DNA from: Lama guanicoe
Lineage: Eukaryota
Length of the DNA stretch: 64,000 nucleotides
Reading direction: 5' to 3'
NCBI GenBank assembly: GCA_013239625.1
Contig: MU053347.1
Location: 154,132 to 218,131, forward strand
Positions 53,045 to 64,000 of the stretch are shown piece by piece; the stretch's first letter is position 1; the number at the start of each line of letters is the position of its first letter. The notes under the pieces were generated by a model. The model saw only the letters and a list, made by a program, of their open reading frames with translations. It searched no databases and was not told where the DNA came from. A program made the translations under genes and the position numbers.

Positions 53045-56000
53045 ACACCAATTAGGTCTCAGAGATCCTGGACTGAATAGGAGTCCCAGGATTGGATGTT
53101 TTCCATTTTAGTATGCCTTGCTGGTCAAAGTGGGATCAAAGGGTAAACTTTCCATCACTAATCAGATCTGAAGAAATATTAGATATTGACACGATATTTC
53201 CATTCACATTATTGATAAAATGGTAACTCAAGCTATTTAATTGACTTTCCCACAGGTTAGATCATGACTAGTAACTTTTTTTTTTTTAAGTACCTGTCTT
53301 TTTAGCTGACCAGTGATTCCCTATTTTGGTGCATGGCACATTCATAAAATCCCACTCCTAATAATTTATCTTTGTCTTTACCTCTTATATACCCTAAAAT
53401 GGAATCAAAAGTTTAAGACTTAGTATGACTAAAATGATTCTGTAGAGCTGAATACTTTCTTTGTATCTTCTGATAGAATTGTCTAAGAATTTCAACATTT
53501 TTCCTTTTCTTAGAATTCCACAGTAGCCATAACTCAATTCCCAGAATTTCCCTCAAGAATATATTATTCTTTGGGTTTTTTTCCTAATAATTTATAATGA
53601 AGTCAGAAGCCATGGCCTCTTAATGTATATGCAGACTGTCTAGCACTCTGATTTTAGGTATATTAAAAATTATATTATATATGCATATATATAATATATA
53701 GGCATGTGAGTATTTATATAAAGTATCACTGGAAATATCAGAATAACAGTGGTGATTTATGTGGATAAGAATAGAGCTGAAAGGATGAAAAAAGATAGGA
53801 AAAAATTAAAATGTTCAATGTAACCTTATTCCTCAGAGTCTTGTAATAAATAGTGCACCAGTGGGCCATAGCTGGTCATGGTGCCTAAGTGAGGGCACAA
53901 TATGGATTTGCTAAGTGTGCTTTACTTTGAAATGGAGGCTCTTCATTCTCTGGTTATTGATGGTATCATTTGTAACATTATTTTTATTCAACCATGAACA
54001 ATGGAAAATTAAAACGACTTTGATCACTTTGGAAATTCTCGGCATGGCTTTTCATTTGTAACTATCAATTATTTAAGGAATAGTTTTAAATGGCTCTCAG
54101 AGCCCTTTTGGGGGTAAAATTACAGTAACTTAGGTAGCAAATGTGAATGATCTAAGTTTTTAGTTCCATATGGAATAAAAATGCCTTATAAAAGAGTCAC
54201 ACTGCCACCTACTGACAACTTTTTGTAAAAGAACCAGCATTTTCTCATTAGCCTAACTGACTGTGCACTTTAATGATCTATTACTTGGCATGTGGCTGTA
54301 TGGAAAAAAGGGGTAACAAAGTGTATCCATTGCTCAGTGCATCTACTTGAAATAATCTCACCATTCACAGAGGCCATTTCAAGCTATTCAGTTTTTAACT
54401 TTTACATACTGCAATTAGATACATTTTTTTTCAGATACATTTATTAACGGCATTACTGCATAGTATTTCATAACTGATAAAACTATTTTCAGGAAAGTGA
54501 CTGCAGAGTGTATGTTAAAAAATCTGCCCTGCATTTATAGTGCATAGAGACTTGCTAATAGGATTTTCATAACAGCATTCATCTCCCAGCACATTTTATA
54601 GTACCAACCACTATGTAACAGTAGTGTTGTTATTACATTATGTGAAAAATAGGATTTGTTCTAAGGACACGTGTTATAACCTGAACTGTGAAAGTACAAT
54701 GGTAGTTGAAGCACCTATGCACTAAACCATTTTCATTCCTATCCTTTTCTACCTTTGCCAGAGTTGATATAAGAAAAACATCCTGTGCTATTATAAATAG
54801 ATCAAAGATTCATATCAGTATTTCCCATGAACTAGGAGCTCAGGAGTGTAGCATCCTTCTGTACAGTGACTATGATGTTGCAGATAGCAAGAATCAACTC
54901 CTCCCAATTAGTAGCAATCATCATCAAATTGAATGTATTCCTCAGCTGATTTCCATGGAATCATGTTACTGATTTCTCTTTCTGCCATGTTCCAAGATGT
55001 GGAATTTCTCTCCAAGTTAAAGTTTAAATTCAAAGCATTATTTTTCACAAGAGAAAATTCATGAGTACTTTTATCAGTTTTTCAGATAACCACGTGCTGT
55101 GCATATTTTAAAACAAATACAAAAGAAAAAAATTGCAAACTTGGCCAAACTCATAATCCCTTACAAAATAATCCATACACAAAACCCGAGCTCTGAGCCC
55201 CATGTAACAATAGCCAAGTACCTCAGTTGTTCATAATCCTCACAAACAAAAAGAAACAATTTTCAACCTAAAACTGCTTAAAATAGCTTAAATGTAGGTA
55301 AAAATCAATCAGAGGACTTACCATCAGCCTACTGTTTTACATATTTGTTGCCTGAAGTCAATGAAAGGAGAATACACAATACTGCAGAGCTGAAAGCCAT
55401 GCACTATTCAGGTAGGGCACATGATTGCATATATTGTCATAACTGGCTTTCCTAAGATTTATTATAAAACACAGTGAATTAAAGGCTCTCTTGAATGGGG
55501 ACCCAAGAAAGCATAACATTCTGCTCTCAGAACTCCATCTCAGTTTGAATAAGAAATCACTCAAGAAGATATGAAAGGCCTAGATTTTCATGCCACCTTT
55601 TAACTAGGTCTAAATAAATGTTAAAGATTCTTGCTACATTTCTTTGCCTTACAAAATAGAGCATTTGCAAATGATAATCCAGTTATAGCCACTACAAAGA
55701 GCATCATGACTGAAAGATATCTAGGCTTTCTTTTCCCTCAACAAAACACATTTAAAAGACTGCAGAGAAATGCATATAGAATATGGAACATTTCCATTAA
55801 TAGCACTGTTATTTTATAGAAACTTGACAATGAAATATTTATAGTTGAACTATTTTTCACTTTATTTTGCTTGTTTCAGATCATTTTGCGCCACATAGTA
55901 AATTAGGATTTATATTTATCTTCAGATCTGTCTTTTGATTTTTTGGCTTAAATTAGCTGGATACTCTAATAATGGCTGAACCCTAATTAATTCTAGAATT

Positions 56001-57403
56001 CTAGAATCATAACGCTGAATCAGAAAGACCTTAGAGTTTCAGCCCTCCCCCTTAACAGGCAAAGAAAATGCTCCTGGCGGTACAGGGATAATGCCAGCTG
56101 AAAATATTCTGGGGAGAATGCAAATTAGAAATGTTAGAGTAATCTACCACACTGCAAAAGAGAAATTTCTTTTTTCTGAATTTAGATCTGATATAGAAAT
56201 GAGATTTACATCTGTGGAAACTCCTTGTGGTGAATTTCAACTGGAGACTTTAAAGTCAAAACAAAGCCAAGATGTTTTATATGGAAAGAGAGGAGGAAGG
56301 CATTTTCTGTCTTTTTAATTGCAAAAACATATCTGGCCGGCTAGCACAGAGGATATTTAGAAGATTGAACAGTCATAGTTCAGCCCTGGATCTCAGATCC
56401 CTGAGAAAGTTTAAGCCACTGATTATGACCCTTTTTACTGGTAAAGTGTCCAGTGTTTATTTTCCTCAAAACAACCCTTCCACCCCCAAATCTGCAGTTT
56501 TGTTTTTATTGATTCTGAGCCAAATACTCCAATGTGTGCTGATCTAAGCACGTACATGTCCTGGGTTGCCCTGACAATCCCAAATTCTGCTTGTTACCCA
56601 GAAGTAGATAATAATAGTGGCTCTTTTATGGTTGATAAGTTCCATTTTAAGTTATTCACGCCAATTCTAATCCAAGTGCATCTGTGACTGCCACCTTTTG
56701 CCTGCTCAGTGGAATTTTGTGGGTGGTCTTATTGTGAGTGGGTGGTCTTATTGTGAGTTGGTGGGTATAGCCTGAAACATCAGTGGACCCTCAGGCTCTA
56801 GCTCCATCCTCCCAGGAGGGCTTCAGGGCTTTTAGGCAGAAGGAATAGCATATTGGGAATGACTGTCAGTCCTGGTCTTTTCCAACACGTTTTCCTGAAA
56901 CAAGGAGGATGCTTGTGGGTGGGAGGAAGCTTCCAGGGAAGAAGGGAATAGTACAGCTCGTGCTGAAAGAAACTCAAGACTCATTATTTTCTTCTGCATT
57001 TGTTTGGAGAACATTTAATGAGGATGTGTGTTAGATACTTGGAAAGTAGGATGACATAGTCCCTACTATGAGAGACTCTTTGTTCAGAGAGAGAAAAGGT
57101 CAAGTCAAGTAACAGTGGATACACAGGGACATTTAATCACTCAGCTTGAGGATATGGGGACATGAGTCACAGAGAGATTTAGGGAGGGCAGTCACTTGAA
57201 CTACAATTTGGAGGACATAATATGAGTTAACCAGGCTGGGGTGGAAGGGATGGGAAAGGACCTCTGGGTAGAGGGAATAGGACCTGCAGAGGCATAGTGT
57301 ATGTTTTGTACCAGTTAACTTTTGCTGTGTAACAAGCCATCCCCCTCAATTAAATAAAAAAAAAAAACAGCATTATTTAGCTTACCCTTCTGTGGGTTGG
57401 CTG

Positions 57404-57880
57404 TGTTGCCAGAGAGTAGGTTCTTGCACAGGAAAGGATTCAAGAGTGAGCCATAGTAAAGTGAAAGCAAGCTGACTTAGAGAGGTACACATTCCATAGG
57501 CAGAATGCATCCATCTCAGAAGAGATACTGACCATGAGTTCTGGGGGTTGTTGGTGTTTATGGGCTGGGTAATTTCATATGCTAACAAGTGGGAGGATTA
57601 TTCCAACTATTTGGGGGGAAAGAGTAGGGATTCCCAGGAATTGGGCCATCACCCAGTTTTTGACCTTTTATGGTCAGCCTTGAAACTGTCATGGCACCTG
57701 TGGGAGTGCCATCTAGCATGCTAATATATTACAGTGAGCATAAAATGAGGCTCAGGGTCTACTGGAAGTTGAATCTTCTGCCATCTTGGTGCTAATTGGG
57801 TCTAACCAGTTTATGTCCTATCCTCAATGGCTGTGTCATTCTTTTAGTGGTTGCACCCTGTCCTCTTCCCTCTTGTCTCA
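57404..57880 (-). mobile_element. Probable ERV1-type solo LTR next to the gap
   Basis: TGTTGCC...CTTGTCTCA termini; aagatggc/gccatctt motif; appears inserted in a MaLR-like fragment starting about 57308. Confidence 0.65.
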
Positions 57881-57882
57881 AC

Positions 57883-57963
57883 NNNNNNNNNNNNNNNNNN
57901 NNNNNNNNNNNNNNNNNNNNNNNNNNNNNNNNNNNNNNNNNNNNNNNNNNNNNNNNNNNNNNN
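57883..57963. other. Assembly gap (N run)
   Basis: 81 N, ending 17 nt before the collagen exon. Confidence 1.
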
Positions 57964-57980
57964 TTCTTCTCCTTTGAAAG

Positions 57981-58315
57981 GATTCCACATAGATTTGTCT
58001 GTAGGAATTGATGTCTCCACCCCCAGGAGGCAAATTCAGCAGTCGCTTGAAGGGTTACTGCCAGAGCTGATGCAAGAGCTAGCCTTGCTTTCCAACATCA
58101 GCTGTAGCCTTCCTGGTCAAACCGACGTGATGTTCCACTACGTGGTTCCTGGTTCAAGTGGCCAGCTCATCTTTGACTCAGGTTTTGAAAAGTACAGTGA
58201 TGGGAGAATTCAGAAGTTCTTGATTCAGCAGGCTGCCAATAGCAACCACATGGATGTGGGTTTTTTGCAGTCCCTGGGAGATAGTGCTCTCCGCCTCTCT
58301 TCTGCTAAAGTGAAG
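57981..58315 (+). CDS. COL6A4: Collagen VI long-chain N1 (VWA-like) domain exon, best fit alpha-4
   Basis: tttgaaag|GA TTC..: FHIDLSVGIDVSTP..LLPELMQELALLSNISC..FDSGFEKYS..FLQSLGD..SSAKVK|gttaca; 335 nt, phase 1 to 0, open; homologous to but distinct from remembered COL6A3/A5/A6 N1 domains. Confidence 0.8.
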
Positions 58316-59581
58316 GTTACAAATGCTGAGAACCCACATTATCGAACCATTAGGCATGAGGAGGGATAAGGCTTTTGGGACTGAGGACAAATAAACTGTT
58401 CTTCACTGAGGATCATGCATAGAGGAAAACTAGTCTTATTCAGTCAAGATTGACAAGAGATGTGTTTTCATTCAATAAACAAGTATTTACTAAGCGCTAG
58501 AGGCTCTTTGCTAAATGTCATTAGAGGTAAAAGGTTAAAGTCACTGCCCTTGGGTTGCCCACAGCTTAGCGATCCAGGTTTTCCACGACATAAATTCCTT
58601 CCAAAGACAGCTTGGAAGATATTAGCTCCTCATGGTCACTCATTGTAAGAACCCATTGTTTCTCTCTTTCTTTCACTCTCTCTCTTTCATGATTTTATTT
58701 ATTTATTTGTTTGTTTATTTATTTTAATTGACATATAGTCAATTTCCAATGTTGGGTCTGTTTCTGGTATACAGCATCATGTTTCATATACATACATCTA
58801 TTCCTTTTCATATTCTTTTTTTGTCATCAGTTACTACAAGATATTTAATACAGCTTCCTGTGCTATATAGTAGAACCCTGTTGTTTGTCTTTTTTATATA
58901 TAGTAGTATCTGCTGATCTCACACTCCCAATTTATCCCTTCCCAACCCCTTCTCTACTCTGGTAACCATAAGTTTGTAGGACCCATTGTTTTTGTAATCA
59001 GCCCCCTGAACCATCTTTAGTGACAGTTAATGGCTTGTTAGCATAACCCCTCTCCTCCCTTTCTGCTGCCCCAGAACCATGCACCCACAGAAGTCATAGA
59101 AGTAAAAAGATCTCATATGACATCTATTAGGAAAAGACCTCCCCAAACTTTGAAAGTTACATTGAGTTTTTCCTTCCATCATGCATCCGATGGATTTATT
59201 TCTTAAAAAATGTAATTCACTTTTTAAATTCAATTTTTCTATGAGTAAAGGTAACAGAGGTAAAGAACATTGTAAGACAATTTTTGGACGATATCTTTAA
59301 GTGAACACATTAAGCTGCTTCAAATTCTTTTTCAGCGGTGGGGGTGTGTGTGGGAGGACATGGAGGACAAGTGAGTGTGTAATAAAGTAATAAATGAATG
59401 GGTAAAATGGAATAGAACAGGGTGAAAGGCTGGTTATAGCTTACCCTTGCATTTTTTAAGAAACGTGCAATTTACAGCATCCATCTTTTCCATTGCCCCT
59501 CCCCTCTGTCCTCCCTTCTTCTTCCTTCTCCCTGGTCCCTCTGTTCCTGCATCTCCCATACCCCCCTCTCATAAACAACAG

Positions 59582-59660
59582 GTCCTTTTAGTGTTTACAG
59601 ACGTATTGGATGATGATTTAGAGAGACTGAAGGAAACGTCCCAGCTTCTCCGCAGCAAAG
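59582..59660 (+). CDS. COL6A4: Collagen VI N1 domain exon (second)
   Basis: aacag|VLLVFTDVLDDDLERLKETSQLLRSK G|gtaatt; 79 nt, phase 0 to 1; compare COL6A6 VVLLFSDGLDDDVEKLEQKSDELRKEG. Confidence 0.85.
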
Positions 59661-60549
59661 GTAATTGCATGTTGTTGTTCCTCCCACAGGGGCAGAGATG
59701 GTCTTTCAGATTCCGGATGGCCCAGGAATCTCTGAGCCCCCGAAGGCTAAGCCAGGTAATTGGAGCTCAGTGCCCAAGAGGCTGCTGCCCAGTTTCTGGC
59801 TTCGTATGAATCAGGGGGCTATTGAGGGCTGAGAGACCCCTGGGTCTCTCTGACTGAGACAGGGCTGACCAGTTACCAGTCCAGCATCTGGTTCAGAAGG
59901 TTGTGGGTGCAACCCCTGCTTCGTGGGAAGTGGGTGCTCTCTGCTCTTTTCAGCTACCCAGGGGTCCAACCGTCTCTCTTTCCTAAACTCTAAAATCACC
60001 CTAAAGCTGCGTCTTACTTTTTCTACTGTCCTTCCTCCCTGATTCTTCTTTATCCATCTCCAAGGGCTGCTGCATACATACATGTATATGTACATATATA
60101 TGTATATAATCAAAGTATAGTTAGTTTGCATTACTGTATTAGTTTCAGGTGTCCAACATAGTGATTTGATATTTTTGCAAATTATACTCCATTTAAATTT
60201 ATTATAAAATATTGGTTATATTCCCTGTGCTGTACAATATATCCATGTAGCCTATTTATTTTATACATAATAGTTTGTATTTCTTAATTCCCTCCCCCAA
60301 TTTGCCACTCCCCTCTTTCTCTCCACACTGGTAACCACTAGTGTGTTCTCTTTATGTTAGTCTCTTTCTGTTTTGTTATATTCATTTGTTTGTTTTATTT
60401 TTTAGGTTCCCCACATAAGTGATAAATAACATAGTCTTATCTTTATCTGATTTATTTCACTAAAAGTGATACCCTCCAGGTCCGACTATGTTGTTGCAAA
60501 TGGCAAGATTTCATTCTTTCTATGACTGAGTAGTATACCTTTGAATATA

Positions 60550-61353
60550 CAGTTGACCCTTGAACAACCGGGGGTTAGGGGCACCAACCCTGAGTACAGT
60601 TGAAGACTCATGTATAACTATATTATTGCAGAAAAATGTGTGACAGCTCAGTGGTACAGCTCAGTGTTATGGCTCAGTGTTACAGCTCAGTTGTGACAGC
60701 AGCCTGGATCCGGGTGAGAGACCAAGCAGCACTCGGAGAGTAGGAGAACTCAGGTTTATTATGCCAGCGGGCCCAGAGGAGTTAACACTCCAAGCTCTGG
60801 ACCCCATCTGTAGGTTTACACAGGCTTTTAATAGGCTGTCAGTTTACACTTTGCAACATCATATGCAAATAAGATATAACAATAGTTGTCTAATTAGGAT
60901 CAATCAGGAGGGAGAGAAAGAACCAATCAGGTGTAAGCTCCATGCAAATGAAGTACTACAAATGGACCAATCAGAAGTTAGGGAAATGGACCAATCAGGA
61001 ATGAAGGAAATAACCAATCAGGAGTGAGCTCAGGGAACAAATAGAATTTTAGGGGTAAGTTCCACTTTCCTAGAAGTAAGCTGTTTCAGAGGCAAAAAGT
61101 GAGATAGAGCCACTGGGCCAGGAAACTGGATGGTGCTGGCAGGAGAGTAGTGGCCATGCCTGGGGGTCCTGCCGGTCTTTTTTATGGGGCTTCCCACCTC
61201 AATATAACCTCTGTATCCACAATTCATCCATAGTTGAATCCACAGATTCAACCAGCCACGCATCATGTAGGACTATAGTGGTTATTTATTGAAAAAAATT
61301 CGCATGTTAGTGGACCCATGCAGTTCAAAGCCATGTTGTTCATAGGTCAACTA
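60550..61353. mobile_element. Tigger2-type (TcMar) non-autonomous DNA transposon
   Basis: TIRs CAGTTGACCCTTGAACAAC and GTTGTTCATAGGTCAACTA, flanked by TA. Confidence 0.85.
60624..61201 (-). mobile_element. Solo LTR nested in the Tigger element
   Basis: Reverse strand starts TGAGGTGGGAAG; TSD ATAT at 60620-60623 and 61202-61205; AATAAA on reverse strand (tttatt near 60755); repeated ACCAATCAG and CAGCTCAGTG units. Confidence 0.85.
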
Positions 61354-63719
61354 TATATACCACATCTTCTTTATCCATTCCTCTATTGATGGACATTTAG
61401 GTTGCTTCCATATCTTGGCTATTTAAAAAACTGCTTCTATGAACACTGGGTGCATGTATCTTTTTGAGTTAGTGCCTTCATTTTTGTTGGAAACATACCA
61501 AGGAGTGGAATTTATGGATCATTTGTTAGTTCTGTATCTAGTTTTTTGAGAAACCTCCATATTATTTTCCATTGTGGCTGCATCAATTTACATTTCCACC
61601 AAAAGTGTACAAAAGTTCCATTTTCTCTACATCCTTGCCAGTATATGTTGTTTGTAGACTTTTTGATGATAGCCATTCTGACAGATGTGAGGTTTTGTTT
61701 TACTGTGATTTTCATTTGCATTTCTCTGGTGATTAAGGATATTGAGCATCTTTCCCTGTGCCTGTTGGCCATTTGTATGTCTTCTTCGTAAAAAGGTCTA
61801 TTCAGGTCTTCTGCCCATTTTTTGATTGAGTTGTATGTTTTTTCAATATTGAGTTTATGAGATGCTTATATGTTTTGAGTATTGACCCTTTATTGGTCAT
61901 ATCATTTGCAAATATTTCTCCCATTCAGTAGATTGCCTTGGTTTCGTTGATGGTTTAGTTGATGGTTTCCTTTACTGTGTAAAAGCTTTTACGTTTAATT
62001 AGATCCTATTGATTTTGCTTTTGTTTTCTTGCCAGATCCAAAAAGTTATTGCTGCAATTTAATGTCAAAGAGTGTTTTGCCTGTTTGTTTGTTTGTTTGT
62101 TTGTTTTTTTGAAGTGTTTTATGATTTTTGGTCTTACATTTAGGTCTTTAATCCATTTTGAGTTTATTTTTGAGGTTTATATGATGTGAGAAAATGTTCT
62201 AATTTCATTGTTTTACATGTAGCTGTTCAGTTTTCCCAGCACCACTTATTGAAGAGACTGTCTTTTCTCCATTGTATGTTTTTGCCTCCTTTGTCATAGA
62301 TTAGTTGACCTTAGGTGTGTGGGTTTATTTATAGTCTCTGTATTCTGTTTCATTGATCTCTGTGTCTGCTTTTGTGCCAGTATGTGTCTGTTTTGATTAC
62401 TGTAGCTTTGTAATATAGTCTGAAGTCAGGGAGCATGTTACCTCCAGCTTTGTTATTTTTCTCTTAAGATTGCTTTAGCAAATCAGGGTCTTTCATGGTT
62501 CCATATAAATTTTAGGATCATTTGTTCTAGTTCTGTGAAAACTGTCATGGGTACTTTACTAAGGATTGCATTAAGTGGAATATTTTCTGACAATTTGCTT
62601 TCAACTAAATTTACTGCATAGATTTCCACTGAAAGTTTAAAATGTTGCAACTTTTCTGGAAGGGAACTGGGAGTTCATGACAAAGGACTGCAAACTTTGC
62701 CTACGAGCTAGATCAGCAATTCCATTTCCAAGGATTTATTTTGAGGAGTAATTAAGAATTTGTATACAACTTTTAATCACAGGATTTTAAAGCAGTTTGT
62801 TTGCCATAGCCAAGAGCTGATGTGTGTGCATGTGTGTGTGAATTTACTGTTTAAGTATTAACGGTAATATTTGTTTGGAAATTCTACTTGACTTCTGGCC
62901 AGATTTGAGAAATGTTCTTGTCACTATGTTTTCTGTTACATGGAAAAACCCAGATGATCTCTCAGTGTCTGCATCAGTAGGAGACGGTTGTTATTCTGTA
63001 ATGACCACCTTCAAATCTCAGTGGCTTAAACTAGCAAGACTGTCTCCATCTTGTACCTCGTGCCCTTTCGTTCATGCCTCTTTCTCATCAGTCGAGGACC
63101 CAGGCTGAAGGAGGGATCTGTTTCTGTGGGAGGGGAAAGAAAATGGGCTGAAGTGTACACTGCTCTTAAAATTTCTCCCAGGGAGTGACAGTGTCACCTC
63201 TGCTCATATTTCATTTGTCAGAGCCAGCCATGCGGACAGTTGTAACTTTCATGAGATAATATTTTTGCAGGTGAAGAATTGGGGCTTAATGAGAGCTTAT
63301 AATTTTCCCAAAAAAGTCAAATCCTACCTCATCCTCTTCGGTAGAGGAACCAGAATATTTGTGAACAGCCTGCAAGATGGTCACAGAGTAAACCACAAGT
63401 CTACTTCAAGCATGGGGTTAAAGGATGTAACTTCATACCGTAACGGAGGAAAACTCTCTTTCAAATAGAAAACTGGGGCTATAAGAGCCCGGAGGGTCCT
63501 TTGTGGTTCCATCTAACTGTTTGACTTTCAGCTGCAGGGATTGAAAGATGTCAGACCAATTCTTCAAGAAGGCATGTCATGAGCTAGCTTTGATTTTAAA
63601 AGAAATGCAGTTTGAGACAAGATTGATGAGGCTGTAGGAGCGGTGATGGATATTGGGGCCCAAAGACAGACCATTCAAAAGATGTGCAAGGAAATCCCCC
63701 ACCTGTTGGTGTTTTGAAG

Positions 63720-63865
63720 GATTCTCTGGACTCCTTACTATTGGCCTGGAAGGTGTGTATAAATTGGAGGAGGTCCAGGAGCTAGAATTTGGCAGAGGAT
63801 TTGTGTATCATCAACCTCTCAGCATCACACTGCCATCCCTCCCGAGCATCTTACAGAAGCAACTT
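63720..63865 (+). CDS. COL6A4: Collagen VI N1 domain exon (third)
   Basis: ttttgaag|GA FSGLLTIGLEGVYKLEEVQELEFGRGFVYHQPLSITLPSLPSILQKQL|gtaagt; 146 nt, phase 1 to 0; the LEFGRGF motif is shared with COL6A3 (LEFGRGFMY). Confidence 0.88.
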
Positions 63866-64000
63866 GTAAGTTGTTTTTAGATTTTAAATTAATTAATTAC
63901 TTTTTTATTGAAGTATAGTCAGTTTACAATGTTGTGTCAATTTCTGTGTGTGTTTTGACACCATCCTTCACCAGATCTGTACATTCTAATAACTTTAAAA

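Larger units (their letters stand above)
60110..62575 (-). mobile_element. LINE-1 3' portion (ORF2 tail and 3' UTR) in collagen intron, interrupted by nested elements
   Basis: ORF 61512-61772 (-) MANRHRERCSISLITREMQMKIT..VRMAIIKKSTNN.YWQGCRENGT..WWKCKLMQPQWK..WRFLKKL is the L1 ORF2 C-terminus. Confidence 0.92.

Noticed and set aside
56719..56756. 19-bp tandem duplication gtgggtggtcttattgtga x2
   Set aside because: Ordinary slippage duplication with no sign of function
60640..60700. Short spaced repeats (CAGCTCAGTG) resembling a CRISPR-like array
   Set aside because: Eukaryotic DNA; tandem units within an LTR and no unique spacers

Overview
Mammalian genomic DNA, probably camelid (camel or alpaca), judged from tRNA-derived Vic-1-like SINEs; this assignment is from recall, not a search. 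It has two N-gaps (39194-39453 and 57883-57963). Left part (about 6.7-47 kb): a CpG-island promoter followed by a decayed, intron-containing partial copy of TRAPPC9 (NIBP) on +. Exons equivalent to human exons 2, 3, 5, 6 and 7 are recognisable, carrying frameshifts, a stop and a lost acceptor; exon 4 is not found. The copy ends at a class I (gamma-like) endogenous provirus (47092-52092) with a tRNA-Thr PBS, gag, protease, a large pol deletion and an env TM remnant. That provirus has no target-site duplication and its LTRs differ by about 10% by manual count, whereas two related solo LTRs flanking the promoter both have perfect 4-bp TSDs. Right part: AT-rich DNA, then three open, phase-compatible + strand exons of the N1 VWA-like domain of a collagen VI long chain (best fit COL6A4), with none of the upstream COL6A4 exons in the window. 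Leading hypothesis: an ERV-mediated rearrangement placed a TRAPPC9 5' duplicate with its promoter in front of a 5'-truncated COL6A4. An assembly gap lies just before the first collagen exon, so this needs checking. All gene and repeat identifications are by eye from remembered sequences.
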